Assembly (NCBI GenBank): GCA_002269645.1
Contig: NIVC01004289.1
Location: 1-51,609, forward strand
Origin: Macrostomum lignano
Taxonomy: Eukaryota
Length of the DNA stretch: 51,609 nt
Direction: 5' to 3'
Shown here: piece after piece, positions 28,831 to 41,196 of the stretch
Layout of the letters: the number at the start of each line of letters is the position of its first letter
Position numbering within the stretch: position 1 is the stretch's first letter
Made by a program: the position numbers and the translations under genes
The notes under the pieces: generated by a model
What the model was told of the DNA's origin: nothing
Seen by the model: only the letters and a program-made list of their open reading frames with translations
The model's database searches: none

Positions 28831-31618
28831 AGAATTTGCAAAGGCCTCAAATCTTAGTTTAACATGCATTACTCCATCTTTGCCTTTTTCCTAACTGTTA
28901 ACAAGTTTTTGTTTGAGCATGACTTCAAATTTAGAATCTATGCAAAAATAGTTCCGGGAATTAGAATTCAGTGGTTTAAAAATCTGTGGGTTTTCACAGC
29001 TTGTATCTCTACTGGATTCGTATTCTGCATCTGATGAGCCATCTGAATCAGGGCTCTCATCTTCCATGCCAAATCGTCTAGCAAATCGTTCTTGAGCTAT
29101 AGGTCACACTGTATTCACTTCACTTACTTCTGGACATTCATGAATCATGACTTTTGTAGTATGCTCACTACACTGTACTGACAATTTACTAATTGCTTCA
29201 TGCCGCCACTAGATGACACTGATTAGCTGTTATAAAAACGCGGAATCTGCACGCAGCACTAATTAGCTGGCGAGGCATTTAGCTTTAAAAATATGGTCAT
29301 AGTTACTCCTGCCGTTTACCTAAAGTTTTTGCTTGGCTCTTTCATAGGTAAGTCGCATTTTTTATCGAAAACTAAGTCGCACGGCCAGCGTAATTTCAGA
29401 AGTTGCGCATGTATGTAAACAAAAATCAAATAATTATAAATGCATACCAAACTTTTGAGTGCATGCCTATTCTCAAAACTATGCCAATGTTGTGACAATA
29501 AATGACCTTTTTTGAATTGTGTAATCAATCCTTTTTGGCAGATAAATTGGTTAATTTTTCTGCTTTTTTAGCAATACTATTTCTAGTAGAAAATTGATAC
29601 ACATATAAATTTGTTTAAATGCTTCTATATGAGCTTAAAAACCTGGAAACCTTGAAATTTATACTTAAAAATGAACTTTTTTATCTTTATTCTATTTCAA
29701 AATAACTCCTCTATGTGATTATATATGTGATTCCCTATGCTAAGTATGCATGCATATTATTTTCTTAGGAATGATGCACGCCAATTGTGCAGACCTACTT
29801 TTAGCATGCAAGGCCAATGCATGCCCAAATTTTTGGGCATATACTACATGATCCAGAGTGTGGAGAATATGGCAATTCAATGTCTTGACTTAAAGTATAC
29901 TCATTGGCTAGGGCCCATGGTTGGGAAAGCAACATGTACACCAGGAAATCCGGCATACAACAAGGGTCTTACTATTTTCAGCATATATCAAGATATCTGC
30001 TATGTTATATACTGGCATATATAACATAGCAGATATATTGTATCAAATGACAAATTTTTGTATTGGTGCACAAACCCAGTGTACAAACAAGGTCTCGTCA
30101 TTCTTTTCCAGCATTATACCTGGCAAACACTAATATATGATCTAATCCAAACTATGGGCTAGGGGTTAATATTGGTTTTTTGATTATATTTTAGCAAGTA
30201 TAAATTCTATTTTCCCTAGTAATATTGTATCTTCTATCTACAATTAGGCCAATGTATTTTTTATCAGTGGGATTAGGGATGTTTATATATATACATATAT
30301 ATATGTTTATATAAATAATGTATTTAATTTTGATATTAAGAAAGCATTAAGTATATTGCATATATATCCCTTCCAGTCTTAGGCATTCTCAAAATTAGAG
30401 CTTTAAAGTTTTTAGTATTCTATATGTATGCCTTGAGATCTACTTTATCTTTTACTTTAGTTTTTTTTCAAATCAAATAAATTATCAATAGTATATGTGG
30501 CATAAGTTTCTTCCACTTCATTTCACTAAAAAAGCTACTAAGTTAAATTGAATTCTCTAAGGTTTTACTTGGACCAGCTTATTAATCATTAACTTTATTA
30601 TTCAAGGCTTGAACTAAATCATGGTGGGCAAGGTTGGTCTTCCTTACCAGAAACTAAATTGGTAAAATCTAATAAATACCAATCATTGAATCCCAAAATT
30701 ATAGTGCATTTATAGCAATAGCAAAAAAGAATTTGCAATTTTTTTGGAAAATGTCTATAGTAAAACAATGCATTTTTCTTAGATTGGCATGGATCTAAAA
30801 TTGCATAGAAATTTTGATTTTTTGAATAAAAAAAGTAGGCTTTCCATATAACCACTATCTTATACCCTCTTGATAACAATTTTGAATGCACTATTTGTAT
30901 CTATAAATATATATATATAAGCATATTTACCCTTGGCTGACAAAAAGGAATGCACTAACTACTCGTATACACAGAGAGAGAGTTATAGACAAAATAGAAT
31001 TCACTTGCTTAGATAGAATAAGAAGAGCAATAATAATGAGATTTAGTTTTCAGAGTTGACAGTTAACTAATTATCATTCTTGGACAGCTACTAATTAGAG
31101 CCCATCTTTAACACTGACCTTTAGTTCGCCATCACCAGCTTGCAAGATTGATAGAAAATTGATTAGCCATTCTATTCCTATAATACTTTCCTTATCTTAG
31201 TTCCCAAAATTGCAATCCCAAATTTAAAGTCATATTCAAACAAAAACTTGTTAATACCTTAAGATAGCAAATAAAAAAAATGGAATTAATTTGTAATTAA
31301 TTAGGATTTGAAGCAATAGTTGGATCTTGTTGGCTGGGTGTTGTATAAAATGATGGGCAACATCAATCTCATTTATATTTTCTGCTTAAAAACATGCTTT
31401 TAACTCTAATTAGTAATTGCTCCTTAACTCCATAATTGTAATCACAAGTTTTCAAATTCAGAATTGCCCCTAAACTCTGAAAATATTATTTTGGTTTATG
31501 GCACAATAAATTTGCATGACACCCCCAACCCCTTATATATAGTTGATGCATTTGACTATTCACCTTAAAAACTTACCTAAATCTATATACTAAAATTTTA
31601 CCTAAAAACTCTTTAGTG

Positions 31619-31968
31619 CAGGCAGACCCTTTTACCCCAAGGGCCAGATTAAAAACCTAAGCATGACTGCAAGCTGGATGAGGGGAGAGAGGAGAGATTA
31701 GATAAGTAAAAAGGAAAATAAGAGAAAGTGGAGGCGAGAAAATAAAGAAAAGGAGACAACACGAGTGACAAACAAGAGAGAAAAGAAGAGAGAAAAAGAG
31801 AAGCAAGAGGAGAGAGGAAGAGAAGAGATTAGAAAGAAGAGCACTGAGAAGAGATATAGACATTGAGTGGGCTGGATTGCTATTGTAAAGTTTCGAAGGA
31901 CCCAAGGGCCACATAGAGAGTCTTTGCAGGCCGCATGTGGCCTGCGGGCTGAAGTTTGCCAACCCCTG
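31619..31968. mobile_element. Charlie-like MITE copy in opposite orientation
   Basis: Ends gtttgccaacccctg; AG-rich interior; flanks ctttagtg / ctttattt (5/8). Confidence 0.55.
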
Positions 31969-33140
31969 CTTTATTTAGCGCATCTAACCATCTCCCTTGT
32001 TTTCTGTCGCTGTAGCTTGCTTGTCTTAATGGGGTTACGAATGGCTTTTAAAACAAGGGAGAAGGATCAATAACTTGGAGCTTCAGGGTAAAGGCATTTG
32101 AGTGAGTAGGGGAAAGAAGAGATGTGCGTGTTGCAATATAATTATCAAGTTATAATGAAGAAAGGCGAAGCTGGAACGCTTTTGAATTGAAAGTATACAC
32201 TTTAGGGTGACGCAATGCAAGACTTTTGCACCTAGCAAAAGGAATATTCGAAGTGATGCAAAATAGAATTCAAAGGGTTTAAGGGACATAATAGATTTAA
32301 AATGTTATTCTTTGGTGTTGGTGGTCTAACTTCGCATCTTTTGGAGGCTGCCCCCTCCCCCTATTTTAATTTGTGCAATAGGGCTTGTTGCCTGGGGGGG
32401 GGGGGTTCGTGCGATTCCCGACTAACCCCCAAGACACAGGGGTGGAGTCGCCATAATAAACCTGAAAATCACAACTCCAAAAGCGCTTCCCATCATAAAC
32501 CCAAAATATCACAAACAAACCCGAAATATCATAACTCCGAAACCGAAAACCAAAATAGTGTTGGACATTGCTAGAACTTTCGGAGTTTGATATTTCGAGT
32601 TTGTGGTATTTCGGGGTTTATGATATTTCGGGTTTATGATGGAGGGCGCTTTTCGGAGTTGTGATTTTTCGGGTTTGTGATGTCCCCTCGCAAAACCCCT
32701 GCTTCCTGCTCATTGGCTGCTATTTTTAGCTCACTTCCCATACCGACCTATAAAAATTAGGTCGGTTATGGCAACTATATAACTAACTATATAAATAAAT
32801 TGTCTGGTGGTTCGAAAACTAGCTAAGAAGGGAGGGCTCGCTGGCGGTGGTGGGTAGAGAGATACTGTAAATGTGTATGGGTGTGTTTGCAAGGTATCCT
32901 AGTGTGTTTGAAACCCTCTAGCCAATGAGCATGAAGGAGGGGTTTTAGGGGTTGCTTCCCCAGGCTCCTCACCAGAGAGAGGCCTGGGGAAAACCCCTTT
33001 TTAAATAAGGCCTGCGAACCAAAGTAGCAATACTTAAACTAATTTGAACCAGCTAAGCAAACTTAGCTCATAACGAAATGGAAGAACAGTCTTAATCATC
33101 CAAATTTCCGAGAAAAAGAAAAGGAACTCATGGCAGCTCT

Positions 33141-33515
33141 TGCTGCTGAGCGATGTCTCTGGCAGGAGTGTCCTTCCATACTCTTCCAAAGGACAACAAA
33201 ATGAAGAACAAGTGGCTAATAGCGCTGAGGCGTAAAAATTTCGAGCCAACACCATCCGCGTGAGTCTGCTCGATTCATTTTGAGGAATCTTGCTTCAAGT
33301 AGCAATTTTCTGGCTTTCTGCCTAACGTCAAAAGACAGTTGTATCCGAACTCCGTTCCTCCTATCTTCCCCATGTTTCCTGGCCATCTGCAGCCGAAAGC
33401 TGAAAAGACTGCCACCGCGGCCGCAGCTCGCAAAGTTGATTTCACTGCGTTTTTCAAATCAACAGAAAGCATTAGCCGCGAGCCGGAAGCTCCAGTGGCT
33501 GACAATGAAGATTAA
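33141..33515 (+). pseudogene. THAP-domain remnant (P-element-type transposase N-terminus)
   Basis: One frame: CC*AMSLAGVSFHTLPKDNKMKNKWLIALRRKNFEPTPSA*VCSIHFEESCFK*QFSGFLPNVKRQLYPNSVPPIF. It shows the THAP W, CxxHF and AVPTIF-like motifs; in-frame stops at 33147, 33261, 33300 and 33513. Confidence 0.8.
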
Positions 33516-33994
33516 GATCCAGGACCTGATCTTAATGTTAACTGCGATAAGAGGGTCAAGGTGAGAGAATAATTCGATAAGATGAGAGCGATGGATGACG
33601 GGTGTTGCGTACATAGGGGCCGAGGCGCTGATCAATTAAGAATAAGGTGGATGGTTAGGTAGAGAGGGGAGCAAGTGCAGGCGCACTCATACTCAAATAA
33701 CAATTTAGCGACAAGCTACTCATAGCTGTTCCAATAAAAATTCAAATGCTAATTGATATATTTTTACTTAAAAGAAGTGTTTTAAGGAAAGTCTTTGACT
33801 TGTGTCAATTCATCCGATTTTTTTCGATTCAGTTTAGTAGAGCTATAACACAGTTACACAGCATTGTTCATTGACTGCATATTAGGAAGGAGTAATAATT
33901 TGTATCGGCAAGCGGGTGAGCAGATCAGCCTGGATTGGCCCGTCTCATCTGGTGTCTTGATATGGGGGAACGCAGGGGAGTGTCAAAGGTCTAA

Positions 33995-34666
<672 letters not shown>

Positions 34667-34734
34667 TAACTTGATTTTGCTTTTTTCAATGGTTATTCAA
34701 TACGGTTCTACATACTTTATTGTGCCCCTGGTGT

Positions 34735-35020
34735 CTCACTGTAATTCTACACACTGTATTACCCAACCTCTCCGTGGGATTCTACATCCTGATTGTATTA
34801 CCCAACCTCTATTGTCTTCCAGTGGGATTCTACACCCTGTATACTTGTATTACCCCACCTTTACTGTCTTCCAGTGGGATTCTACACCATGTATACTTGT
34901 ATTACCCCACCATTACTGTCTTTCAGTGGGATTCTACACCCTGTATACTTGTATTACCCCACCTCTACGGCTCTACTGTCTTTCAGTGGGATTCTACACC
35001 CTTTATTACCCCACCTCTGC
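34735..35020. repeat. ~52-bp minisatellite in zinc-finger intron 1
   Basis: agtgggattctacacc recurs at 34821, 34873, 34925 and 34985. Confidence 0.85.
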
Positions 35021-35150
35021 TGTATTTCAGTGAGTCAAGCCCATTCCATTGCTACTATAAGTGTTATCCATTCTATTTTTTTTACAAAATTGCAACCTAA
35101 AATAATAAAATACGATGCTTTAGTGGTCACGACCCGTGCACATCCGGTAT

Positions 35151-35591
35151 CATAACAGATACTAGAATAGCTACGAGCGTAGATGGGGCCACTCAGCACA
35201 TTTGCGTGTTAGCTACTTTCAGTTCAGTAGTAAGTTAAACAGAAGCATTTTACTGTATTTTTAAAGCCAAGGCTCTTACCCCAGCTTAAACCCTCCAACC
35301 GCGCCTTTCCATACCCCCCGCTCCGCCCCAATTTTTATTGCCTTCTCGGAATTCTAGCCTACGAGCTAAATCTGCCATGTACATTTCAGTGGACTGGCTA
35401 ATGTACATTATTGCTGAGCCAATTAGCAAGTTGTTTACGCCTGCAAGCTCGGCTTCTTAACTTATCAAAGTAATTTCAGCTGTCTTTATTTTTATAAAAT
35501 AGCTTATGTACTCTTCCTTGCTACTGATACTGAACTGAAAGTAGAATTCCCGAGTGGCCCATCTAGTTATTTTAGTATCTACGCTCGTATG
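35151..35591. mobile_element. P-like MITE copy 1 (intron 1)
   Basis: Long imperfect TIRs, CAT..ATG ends, 8-bp flanks tccggtat / gccgggat (6/8); interior is the reverse complement of 37674-38120. Confidence 0.8.
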
Positions 35592-35787
35592 GCCGGGATC
35601 GAGAGCTTGGATTGGTGTGTTGACTTCAACCAACCAGTCAGCTTGGTGTGTCTGGGGCAAATGACTCACGCCACTTGTCTGCTCACCTCCCTATGCCTTG
35701 CCCCCCAGTCATTGTACTCTTCTCTCTCGCACTATCCTCTTACGAGCCTCTAAAATAACATACTACGTATTTACTACTTTTTGACAG

Positions 35788-36249
35788 GCTCGCTTAACCG
35801 GCACAAGCAGACACACATCAGGCGTCTGCAACAACAACAGCTAGCAGATTTGCCGGACGAAACTTCGAGCGAGCAATTATTATCAAAACCGCCTGAGCTG
35901 GCCCAGCAACAGTCAACAGCTGACTCAGATAGCAAAGTCAATCAGTTGGAGGCATCTGCACCCGCGGTTACTTCGGCAGTATTAGCTGTAAACGGTACAA
36001 CAGAATCTTCTCCAACAGAATCGAAGCCACTTCTCCAGAAGCAGCAGCAGCAGCAGCAGCAACAGCAATCTGTTTTAGTCAACTTTTCATCCCAAAACGG
36101 TCAGGCAGTGCTGATGAGCGTGCCGACACCAAGCCTTAATGTGGTCGGATCGGCCGCTTTGCGATCTTGCGTCGCTTGCGGAGGTCGCGAGTTCGATTCC
36201 GAAGAGGCTTATCAGCAACATCAGCGGGAGCACTACTTAGCTAGCATTA
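35788..36249 (+). CDS. Zinc-finger TF exon 2
   Basis: Acceptor tttttgacag at 35787 completes finger 2 (G-SLNRHKQTH); poly-Q; degenerate finger CVACGGREF...HQREH; inferred donor A|GTCAGT at 36250, phase 1. Confidence 0.8.
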
Positions 36250-36282
36250 GTCAGTTGCGAGCCTCACCTTCAATTAGCCTCC

Positions 36283-36975
36283 CAGAGAATCCGCCCCCTC
36301 CCAGAAAATTCACCCCCTCCCAAAGAATCCGCCCCTTCCCAGATAATTCGCCCCTCCCTACGAATCTGCCCCCAGAGAATCCGCCCCCCCCCTCAGAGAA
36401 TCCGCCCCCCCTCAGAGAATCCGCCCCATCAAAGAATCCGCCCCCCCCTCAGAGAATTCGCCCCCTCTCAAAGAATCCGCCCCTTCCCTGATAATTCGCC
36501 TTTCCCTACGAATCTGCCCCCAGAGAATCCGCCCCCCTCAAAGAATCCGCCCCCCTCAAAGAATCCGCCCCCTCAAAGAATCCGCCCCCCTCAAATAATC
36601 CGCCCCCCTCAAAGAATCCGCCCCCCTCAGAGAATCCGCCCTCCTCCCAGAGAATCCGCCCTCCTCCCAGAGAATCCGCCCTCCTCCCAGAGAATCCACC
36701 TCCTCCCAGAGAATCCACCTCCTCCCAGAGAATCCACCTCCTCCCAGAGAATCCGCCCTCCTCCCAGAGAATCCACCTCCTCCCAGAGAATCCACCTCCT
36801 CCCAGAGAATCCACCTCCTCCCAGAGAATCCGCCCTCCTCCCAGAGAATCCACCTCCTCCCAGAGAATCCGCCCTCCTCCCAGAGAATCCGCCCTCCTCC
36901 CAGAGAATCCGCCCTCCTCCCAGAGAATCCGCCCTCCTAGTGAAATGCCCCCCCCCTGAGAATCCGCCCTTCAAG
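36283..36975. repeat. C-rich ~19-20 bp minisatellite (CAGAGAATCC(G/A)CCCTCCTCC) in intron 2
   Basis: Tandem array, G-rich on the minus strand. Confidence 0.93.
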
Positions 36976-37085
36976 CCGCGCCATCCTTGAGAATCCGCCA
37001 TTCAATCTGTCCTCTTCCTCCCTGAGAATTTGCCCTCTCTATGAGAGTCTTCTCTCAAATTATCGAACTCCGTATTCAATTTTAG

Positions 37086-37640
37086 CCGGCCTCTTCACCG
37101 GAGCGGCGCCAGCTCTGCCTCAGGCTACCCAGGAGCAGCTGCAGCAGCTGCAGCAATTGCAACGCTTGCAGCAGCAGCAGCAGACTCCGCCACTGTTCCT
37201 ACCGATACCCGCAGCTGCGACGGCTTTTTTGTCTCAGCAGCAGCAGCAGCAGCTAACCCCCTACTTAGCTTTGCAATTGAAAACCCCACTAGCTGAACAG
37301 CAACCCCAATCAGTGTCGCTTCCAAAGCCAATTGTCGGAGCTTCCGACATTGTTGAAACGACAATTAGCGCCGATGCCGACCAGCAGCCTTTGTGCTTGT
37401 CAGTGAAAAATCGACAACCACCAGATGGCCAGAGGCCTGAAGTTGAGCAGGACGGAGACGAGTCTGTCTTGTCTGAGCGAGGAATCTCTTCAGCCTGCGC
37501 GACCGGTGAAGATTCGAGTACTCAGGCTGCTGAGACTGAGAATATTGATGAGCTGCCGTACCGGTGCAAGATGTGCCACTGCCGGTTCAGACTGGCTGAG
37601 CAGCTGGATGAGCATTCCTCTTTTCACGATACGCCTGAAG
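37086..37640 (+). CDS. Zinc-finger TF exon 3
   Basis: Acceptor caattttag at 37085 in phase 1; Q-rich; PLCLS (PxDLS-like); finger YRCKMC...HSSFH; donor G|GTAGG at 37641. Confidence 0.82.
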
Positions 37641-37673
37641 GTAGGGACTTTTGTTTCAATTTTTAGGCTGGAT

Positions 37674-38120
37674 CACAGATGCTAGAATAACTAGATGGGC
37701 CACTCAGGCATTTATACTTAGTAAAACAGCTTTCTACTTCCAGTTCAGTAGCAAGGAAGAATACATAAGCTATTTTATAAAAAAAAGACAGCTGAAAACA
37801 TTTGATAAGTCTAGAAGCCCAAGCTTGCAGGCGTGTAAACAGCTTGCTAATTTGTTCAGCCAAAATGTACATTAGCCGCTGTAATGTACATGGCAGATTT
37901 AGTCTGGAACAACCGAGGAAGGTAATAAAATTTGGGCGGTGGGGCGGGGGTAGAGGTTCTTTGTGGAGTTTGAGGGTTTAAGCTTGGGGGGGGGTAAGAG
38001 CTAATAAATAATCTGTCTTTAAAAATACAGTAAAATGCTTTTGTTTAACATACTACTGAACTGAAAGTAGCTTAAACTCAAATGTGCTGAGTGGCCCATC
38101 TAGTTATTCTGGTATCTGTG
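37674..38120. mobile_element. P-like MITE copy 2 (intron 3)
   Basis: TIRs cacagat(g/a)c(t/c)agaataactagatgggccactcag; perfect 8-bp TSD ggctggat (37666-73 and 38121-28). Confidence 0.88.
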
Positions 38121-38419
38121 GGCTGGATGCAAGGCTAGATATGGGCTAGAATTGCGCTGCGTATCTGAAGGCTGCCTACGGCTGTTCAGTCCAAGGGCTG
38201 AGGGATTGCCACACCCTCAATGACCCCAGCTAATGCCAATAATCCGACTCACCCTGTGAAAGAAGCAGCAAAGATAACGTAATTTTGGGTAAACGGCAAA
38301 AGTAACTATGACTATTATTTTAGGCTAGATGCCTCGTCATCTACTTAGTTTAACCTCTGTATTTTCGGGTGGGAATTTACGCGACTTACCTTGGCTGGGC
38401 CAGGTGTTGCGCATGTATG

Positions 38420-38515
38420 TGAAGCAATGCAGAGTTAAGTGGTCTTGCTCAAGGAACATAGTCGAAAATCGAACCCCCGACCAGTCGTGAGACACTAGGC
38501 TACAACTCCCTGTCG
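38420..38515 (-). mobile_element. tRNA-derived SINE head with CORE-like segment
   Basis: Minus strand: A-box-like TAGCCTAGTG, B-box GGTTCGATT, then gttccttgagcaagaccacttaactct resembling the MIR/CORE domain; A-B spacing is short. Confidence 0.55.
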
Positions 38516-38644
38516 TAACCCATAGGTCCAATATTCACAACAAAGACTTGGGCCTTATGATGTACAGCAAGGACTATTTTATTCAGAGGCCTCCCTAAAG
38601 AAAATCCATGTCAGAAACAGAAAAAACGGTAAATTAATCCGCAG

Positions 38645-39387
38645 GCAAAATCTGCAGCGACTGCGGCAAAGAATTCTCTTGCGCCTCGGCGTTGCGCATC
38701 CATTTTCGCAAGCACAGTGGCGAACGCCCGTTCGTGTGTCCGGACTGCGGCCGGTCGTTCTCGCAGAACGGCACCCTGAAACGGCATAGGAATAAATGCT
38801 GCAGCAAACTGCTTTCGGCATCGGCAACAACAGAACCGCCAGAATCTGCTTCTACAAAAGAGCCAAAATCGTCTAACCCGGCAGTTGAGTCCATGAACTG
38901 CGACAAAGAAAACATTGTTAATCATCAAGTCTATACTCGGCCATCGTCGCCATTTTCCGAATCTATATCCGCTATTAGCAGCGTCAGTTACCATAGCAAC
39001 AACAACAGCAACAAGCGTCGGCTATCTTCGGCCTCATTAGCCTCCGCTGGCCTGTTAGTAGACGGAATCTGTGCTCAATTGGCTACGAAACGAGCCGCTT
39101 TGGCCAACAATGCCACCGCGAAGCCGACAGCCGCCGCCTGCGCAGTTGAAGGCATCGAAACCCGACCAATTGGCACTGTGCCTATCGATGATCTGCTGAT
39201 GTACCTGCAGAGTACCGGCGGCGTGTACAGGTGCGCCCATTGCCAGGTGCTGTTCACGGACGCCGAGATGCACCGGCTGCATATGAGCCAGCACGATGTC
39301 GACTCCGGCCTGGCGTTCAAGTGCGCTAAATGCGGATTTCTGGCTAAAGATAAGATGGGCTTTTGGATGCACTTTGTGCAGCATTAG
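38645..39387 (+). CDS. Zinc-finger TF exon 4
   Basis: Acceptor aatccgcag at 38644 in phase 1; fingers CSDC..HFRKH-SGERPF-CPDC; terminal pair YRCAHCQVLFTDAEMHRLHMSQH and FKCAKCGFLAKDKMGFWMHFVQH; stop TAG. Exons total 2094 nt, i.e. 697 aa. Confidence 0.92.
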
Positions 39388-39534
39388 TAGGGCAAAGTGC
39401 ATCTCTCCTCACCTGCCTTCAGGGTGAGATTTCGTCTGATAAGGCTCTTAGAAAGTGGCCATTTTATCAGTTGAGACTAAGCTTGCTATGATTCTAAGAG
39501 GCGAAATTTTCTTTCTGGTGACATTGTTAATTTG

Positions 39535-40230
39535 TTAGGGGTGAGATTCTTTGGTTTGAAATTTTTAGGGGTGAGATTCTTTGGTTTGAAATTCTTAGGG
39601 GTAAGATTCTAAAGTTTAAGATTCTTAGGGGTGAGATTCTTAGGTTTGAAATTCTTAGGGGTGAGATTCTTAGGTTTGAAATTCTTAGGGGTAAGATTCT
39701 TAGGGGTGAGATTCTTAGGTTTTTAATTCTTAGGGGTAAGATTCTAAAGTTTGAGATTCTTAGGGGTGAGACTCTTAGGTGTGAAATTCTTAGGGTAAGA
39801 TTCTAAAGTTTGAGATTATTAGGGGTGAGATTCTTTGGTTTGAAATTCTTTGGCGTGAGATTCTTAGATTTGAAATTCTTAGGGGTAAGATTCTAAAGTT
39901 CGAGATTCTTAGGGGTAAGATTCTAAAGTTCGAGATTCTTAGGGGTAAGATTCTAAAGTTCGAGATTCTTAGGGGTAAGATTCTTAGGTTTGAAATTCTT
40001 AGGGGTAAGATTCAAAAGTTTGAGATTCTTAGGGGTGAGATTCTTAGGTTTGAGACTCTTAGGGGCAAGATTCAAAAGTTTGAGATTGTTAGGGGTGAGA
40101 TTCTTAGGTTTGAAAAATTCTTAGGCTTGAGATTCTTAGGCTTGAGATTCTTAGGTTTGAGACTCTTAGAGGTGAGATTCTTAGGGGTAAGATTCAAAGG
40201 TTTGAGATTCTTAGGGTGAGATTTTTGCAA
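39535..40230. repeat. ~15-16 bp unit minisatellite (TTAGGGGT(G/A)AGATTC) downstream of the zinc-finger stop
   Basis: Alternating ttaggggt(a/g)agattc and taaagtttgagattc units. Confidence 0.92.
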
Positions 40231-41196
40231 ATGAGTCTTTTTTAGTCAGGTTTTTAGGGGTCAGATTTTAAGGGGGTGAGAATATTGTGTATATGTATAT
40301 ATAAATAGCATACTACTCGTAAATCCAATCCAAATCCAAATCCAATGAAAGCTGTGTCGTCTCGCGGACACAAAAGTCGGTTTTGTGCATAGCAATTTTT
40401 ATTTATGCTTACCAATGCACGTCCCGGTCAAATACCGTTTAAAATATTTTGTTTTACTGAACTGTACTGTACCCATGTATGAATATCAGATATCAGTGCT
40501 TTAGTCGCATGCTGCTACTTGCAGTAGGAGTTGCGCTTATTTTTGTTTCCCAGAAGGCAATCAGCATTTACGTATGGAAGGCGATGGTCAGTTCATTTTT
40601 ATTCTTGTTTATGGCTTAATACTCTGTAAATAACTCGTGTTTGCATTTACCTGCTGTCGCGGTTTTTTTGTTTTCATTTCAGGCGTATAAACGTGTGCTT
40701 GTTAAATCTATTATTTAATTTATTTGCATGTTATATCCAAGTATTTTTATATAATAAATGTTTCACCCGCAATCTCAAAGACTGTGTCTTTTAACTGAAT
40801 TTATTTAAATTATTACTGTCAAAATATACCTGCTGTTGCTTGGCATTTGTACGCGATAATATTTATTTTAATTATAACAAATCAACGCTTTTCTGTTATG
40901 CACCAAACAGTAATTATCTTTATGAAATTGCGAACTAATCTGTGTATATAAAAATTAAAGCTCTGTCTGTGTGTGTACAAATTTAAGCGCTATGGACTCC
41001 CATAGCTTCTCTCGCTTCTCTCTTATCTCCCCACTTTCTGACTCGTACATGTAAGAGAGGAGAAATGATAGAGTAGAGAGGAAAGAGAAGAGATGAGAGA
41101 GTAGGGGAGAGAGAAAAGAGGAGAGAAGTTTCATGGGGACCCAAGCGAGGCGACGACCAGGGTTAGGGGGTTTAAAACCCACGGGTTGCAACAGCT

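Larger units (their letters stand above)
26792..29415. mobile_element. 2.6-kb non-autonomous DNA transposon, P-like termini
   Basis: Perfect 15-bp TIR catacatgcgcaact and perfect 8-bp TSD taaacaaa (26784-91 and 29416-23); no transposase inside. The P assignment is inference from the CAT..ATG ends and 8-bp TSD. Confidence 0.85.

Noticed and set aside
28061-31968. One 3.9-kb hAT element defined by the perfect 15-bp inverted pair at 28061 and 31954-31968
   Set aside because: Flanks (ctctggag vs ctttattt) are not a TSD, and the span would cross the intact right end of the 26792-29415 element; two separate MITE copies fit better.
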